From Terriglobia bacterium (GTDB lineage: Bacteria > Acidobacteriota > Terriglobia > Terriglobales > Acidobacteriaceae): a DNA stretch of 64,000 nt. The first letter of the stretch is position 1, and each line of letters opens with the position of its first letter. The translations under genes were made by a program, and so were the position numbers. This document shows positions 60,749 to 64,000 of the stretch, piece after piece. The notes beneath the pieces were generated by a model. It saw only the letters and a list, made by a program, of their open reading frames with translations, ran no database searches and was not told the origin of the DNA. Location of the stretch: the NCBI GenBank assembly GCA_963810505.1, contig CAWENI010000009.1:221388-285387 (forward strand), read 5' to 3'.

Positions 60749-61377
60749 ACTGGCTTCATTTCATCGCGCAAAACCACGGTCAGGTATTGGAACTCACGCT
60801 CGAACATCTGTGGATGGTTGGAGTATCAACTCTCCTCGCGGCACTGATTGGCATCCCGCTGGGCATACTGATCGCGCACTGGCCCATTCTGAACAAGCCT
60901 GTCCTCGCTACTGCCAACATTATTCAGACCGTCCCCAGCCTTGCGCTCTTCGGTTTTCTTCTGCCAGTCCCGTGGCTGGGCGATCGCGTAGAGCGGTTAG
61001 CGATCCTCGCCTTGACCCTCTACGCACTCTTGCCGCTGATTCGCAACACCTACACCGGAATCCGTGGAGTCGATCCCGCCGTAGTGGAAGCAGGCCGCGG
61101 CATGGGAATGACGGACCGCCAGCTTCTCTTTCAGGTCGAGTTGCCCCTAGCTCTGAGTGTGATCTTATCGGGGGTACGCGTAGCGGTGGTCATCTCGGTC
61201 GGACTGGCGACGATCGCCGCTGCCATCGGCGCCGGCGGCCTGGGCGAACTCATCTTCCGCGGACTCGCGATGGTCAATAACCAACTCATTCTGGCCGGGG
61301 CCATTCCTGCGGCACTCCTGGCCTTGGCAGCCGACTTCAGCCTGGGATGGCTCGAAAGGCGCCTGCGACCCCGATGA
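60745..61377 (+). CDS. ABC transporter permease (OpuBB/OpuCB-like)
   Basis: 210 aa, 5-6 TM, EAA-loop VEAGRGMGMTDRQLLFQVELPLA. Confidence 0.88.
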   Translation: MNWLHFIAQNHGQVLELTLEHLWMVGVSTLLAALIGIPLGILIAHWPILNKPVLATANIIQTVPSLALFGFLLPVPWLGDRVERLAILALTLYALLPLIRNTYTGIRGVDPAVVEAGRGMGMTDRQLLFQVELPLALSVILSGVRVAVVISVGLATIAAAIGAGGLGELIFRGLAMVNNQLILAGAIPAALLALAADFSLGWLERRLRPR

Positions 61378-62588
61378 CGTCCCGCCAACATCCCGGGCGC
61401 TTCAAGGCACAAGTTTGGGAAGGGCACGACTTTCAGTTTTTAGCCTGCCCTGAGCGAGCGCAAGCGACCGAAGGGTGCCGTAAAGATCGAAAGATCGATG
61501 CGGCTTCCAGCCGCTGGGGTTCGCTGTGGGCCTGCAAATGGGGTTTTCAGCGACCTGCGAGACAGCTCCAACCGTGCGCAGCGATTGCTCAGGCAGTCAG
61601 ATGCTGGCTTGTTGCCGCCTCCGCTCTTCTCCTCTTTTCTTGTTCGACCTCGCGCTCCGATCACATCATCATCGCCTCAAAAAATTTCACCGAGTCGCTC
61701 ATCCTAGGCGAACTCATGGCGCAGCAGATCGAGGCCCATACCCACTTGAAAGTCGAGCGGCGTTTTTATCTCGCTGGAACCTACATCTGCCACCAAGGCA
61801 TGCTCGCCGGAAGGATTGATGTCTATCCCGAATACACAGGCACCGCGCTGACCGCCATCCTCAAGCAAAAACCAGTGAGCGACCGCCAGCAAGTCTATGC
61901 ACGCGTGAAAAGCGAATATGAAAACCGCTTCGATCTGACGCTCGCCCCGGCCTTCGGCTTTAATGACACCTTTGCCATGGAAATCCGCGGAGACGATGCC
62001 CGCCGCCTGCACCTCAAGACCCTATCGCAGGCGGTTCCTCACGCGGCCCAGTGGCGCGCCGGATTTGGCTACGAGTTCATGGAACGACCGGATGGCTATA
62101 AAGGTTTAGTCGCAACCTACGACCTGCACTTTGCCGGACAGCCGCGGATCATGGATTTGGGCCTGCTCGCCCGCGCCCTGAAAGATCGCCAGATCGACAT
62201 CGCGGGCGGGAACTCGACCGACGGCCTGATTCCGGCCCTCGATCTGTTCGTGCTGGAAGATGACCGCCATTATTTTTCACCCTACGAAGCGGTCCCCGTG
62301 ATTCGACGCGACACTCTGCGCCGGCATCCTGAAGTGGCGGACGCCCTGGCTTCCTTCGCCGGAAAAATTTCTGACGAAGAGATGCAGCAACTCAACTACG
62401 CGGTCGATGGGCAGCGCCGCAACGTCAAGGATGTGGTCCACGACTTCTTGCAAAAGAAAGGCCTCTTGCAGCCCGAAAGGGCGACATTCATTAGCCCCGG
62501 ACGTAAGTCCGGGGTGCCGGTGCTGCCGGAGCCTGCGGGTTACTTCATCGATTCTTTGTCCCCCCCACTTCCCTCATCCCATCAATAA
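61374..62588 (+). CDS. Osmoprotectant (glycine betaine/choline-type) substrate-binding lipoprotein; start uncertain
   Basis: Lipobox ALLLFSC|S. The mature part IIIASKNFTESLILGELMAQ...DVYPEYTGTALTAIL...FMERPDGYKGL is OpuBC/OsmF-like. The only canonical in-frame starts lie >70 codons upstream of the lipobox. Confidence 0.75.
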   Translation: MTSRQHPGRFKAQVWEGHDFQFLACPERAQATEGCRKDRKIDAASSRWGSLWACKWGFQRPARQLQPCAAIAQAVRCWLVAASALLLFSCSTSRSDHIIIASKNFTESLILGELMAQQIEAHTHLKVERRFYLAGTYICHQGMLAGRIDVYPEYTGTALTAILKQKPVSDRQQVYARVKSEYENRFDLTLAPAFGFNDTFAMEIRGDDARRLHLKTLSQAVPHAAQWRAGFGYEFMERPDGYKGLVATYDLHFAGQPRIMDLGLLARALKDRQIDIAGGNSTDGLIPALDLFVLEDDRHYFSPYEAVPVIRRDTLRRHPEVADALASFAGKISDEEMQQLNYAVDGQRRNVKDVVHDFLQKKGLLQPERATFISPGRKSGVPVLPEPAGYFIDSLSPPLPSSHQ

Positions 62589-63368
62589 AGATCCCCGCAG
62601 CGTGAGTACCGCTTTGCCTTTAATCACAACGCGGTCCCCCGCGACTTCGCACCACAGTTCGCCCCCGCGTTGCGATACTTGACGGGCATGGAGAATCGAT
62701 TTGCCCAATCGCTGCGCCCAGTAAGGGGTCAGAGAACAGTGCGTTGATCCGGTCACCGGATCTTCTGGAATTCCATAGCTCGGAGCAAAATAGCGCGACA
62801 CAAAATCCGCATCCTTCCCTGGAGCGGTCACTGCAACTCCGGCAGGATGAAGCTTCTCCAGCCGCGACAAATCAGGCCGCACCGACCGGACCTCGTCTTC
62901 CGAATCGTAGACCGCGAAGTAGTTGTCCTCGATTTGCAGCACCCTTATCTGGCCCGCCCGTGCCCCCAATCCCTCGATCAGATCGCTTGGAGGGCTGGGA
63001 CAGGCCCAGGGAGCAAGCGCAGGAAAATCCATCGCCAGCAGATCATCTTGCCGCCCGACCGTAAGCAACCCGCCGCGAGTCTTGAAGCGCACCGATTCTT
63101 GCTGGGTTTCTAAAATGGTAAACATAACAAAGGCAGATGCCAAAGTCGCGTGTCCGCAAAGACTTACCTCGCACCGCGGAGTGAACCAGCGAAGCCGATA
63201 GGCCTCGCCTTCCTGCACAAAATAGGCCGTTTCCGACAGGTTATTTTCTGCTGCGACCGCCAGCAGGAGTTCGTCATCTAACCAAGCCTTTAGCGGACAC
63301 ACCGCCGCCGGGTTGCCGCTGAAAGGCCGGTCAGTAAAGGCATCGACGTGGAATAGGGGTACAGGCAT
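62574..63368 (-). CDS. PhzF-family isomerase-like protein
   Basis: MPVPLFHVDAFTDRPFSGNPAAVCPL... with two-domain DapF-like layout. The start is taken at ATG 63368. Confidence 0.85.
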   Translation of the reverse strand: MPVPLFHVDAFTDRPFSGNPAAVCPLKAWLDDELLLAVAAENNLSETAYFVQEGEAYRLRWFTPRCEVSLCGHATLASAFVMFTILETQQESVRFKTRGGLLTVGRQDDLLAMDFPALAPWACPSPPSDLIEGLGARAGQIRVLQIEDNYFAVYDSEDEVRSVRPDLSRLEKLHPAGVAVTAPGKDADFVSRYFAPSYGIPEDPVTGSTHCSLTPYWAQRLGKSILHARQVSQRGGELWCEVAGDRVVIKGKAVLTLRGSLLMG

Positions 63369-63484
63369 CACCGTACTCCGCCATTGGATGCCCCGGGCCG
63401 ATGACGTGATTCTGCTCTTAATTTTTCCAGCGGCTGGATGCGCAAATGCATCCAAACGCAATTAAGTGCCGCCGAGGTTTCCCC

Positions 63485-64000
63485 ATGCTTGCGACTCAAA
63501 CCGACGTTTCGGCTCCAGGCGTTGTGGAAGAACGGCTTCGGGATGCTCGCCGCCGCAGCGACGAAATTTTTGCCCTGGTGAGGCCCGACGCACTCTACGA
63601 GCGCCCCATTCCAGAGCGTCACCGCATCATCTTTTACATCGGTCACCTCGAGGCGTTCGACTGGAATTTGCTCGGCGAACGCGTCTTCGGCCTCAAAAGC
63701 TTTCATCCCTCCTTCGACCGCGTGTTTGCCTTCGGGATTGATCCCGTCGGTGGCGGCCTGCCCGACGATAAGCCCTCCGACTGGCCCATCGCAGAACAAG
63801 TCCGCGAGTACGCAGCCAGGATAAGAAACATACTCGACGACAAGCTGCGCGAAGGTCCTCCAGAAACGCGCTCCCAGGAATTTCCCATAAGCACACTGCT
63901 GAATGTGGCCATCGAGCATCGCCTGATGCATGCCGAAACGCTGGCTTACATGCTTCATCAGTTGCCGCTTGACAAGAAGATCGTCCAGAAACAACCAGAC
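63485..64000 (+). CDS. DinB_2-domain protein, EgtB/OvoA-like sulfoxide synthase N-terminus; partial (runs off the window)
   Basis: It is absent from the ORF track because it has no stop in the window. MLATQTDVSAPGVVEERLRDARRRSDEIFALVRPDALYERPIPERHRIIFYIGHLEAFDWN...NVAIEHRLMHAETLAYML carries the His-rich DinB-type motifs. Confidence 0.65.
   Translation, partial: MLATQTDVSAPGVVEERLRDARRRSDEIFALVRPDALYERPIPERHRIIFYIGHLEAFDWNLLGERVFGLKSFHPSFDRVFAFGIDPVGGGLPDDKPSDWPIAEQVREYAARIRNILDDKLREGPPETRSQEFPISTLLNVAIEHRLMHAETLAYMLHQLPLDKKIVQKQPD

Noticed and set aside
63368-63994. 208-aa - strand ORF at the right edge
   Set aside because: The + strand frame from ATG 63485 is open to the window end and encodes clear DinB_2/EgtB-like motifs (IIFYIGHLEAFDWN, AIEHRLMHAETLAYML). 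The - strand ORF is its shadow.

Overview
GC-rich bacterial chromosomal window. I recognise no rRNA, tRNA, CRISPR array, transposase or integrase. The gene content looks like Acidobacteriota (inference only): a TonB-dependent receptor with CarboxypepD_reg N-domains, TMTC-like TPR membrane proteins, very large Ser/Thr/Gly-rich lipoproteins, a GH38 enzyme and many GTG/TTG starts.

Layout:
- 0-8 kb: EmrAB-type efflux pump, tandem Usp, cytidylate-kinase-like protein, and AraC-type and sigma54-type regulators.
- 8-30.4 kb: an accessory-looking envelope region. It holds a TonB receptor, two giant lipoproteins, a coiled-coil porin and a TMTC-like protein. These are flanked by two diverged, rearranged paralogous loci whose genes have decayed reciprocally: a split and inverted lipoprotein gene, a chimeric ORF, and truncated porin and TMTC copies.
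- 30.5-34.9 kb: an orphan SagB-type dehydrogenase, an RRM-protein operon with two tiny basic ORFs and a pseudo-receiver, and a cold-shock gene.
- Right half: core metabolism. This includes leuA-like/ilvBN, a 4-subunit 2-oxoacid:ferredoxin oxidoreductase, a ROK kinase, a GH38 mannosidase, sir-sirC-cobA-cysH, a LysR regulator, gltBD, ilvA, an Opu-type ABC transporter, PhzF and an EgtB-like gene.

The most interesting signals are two ribosome-mediated attenuators readable directly from the DNA. One is a Val/Leu/Ile-rich leader peptide plus terminator before leuA-ilvBN. The other, which is unusual, is a leader peptide with 8 Cys in 12 codons plus a terminator immediately before the sulfite-reductase/APS-reductase operon. 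Also notable are two +1 frameshifts that sit in the identical 10-mer GACGTTCGAA, and an in-frame TAA in a sigma54 activator.

All homology statements are by-eye motif recognition. No searches or folding programs were run.
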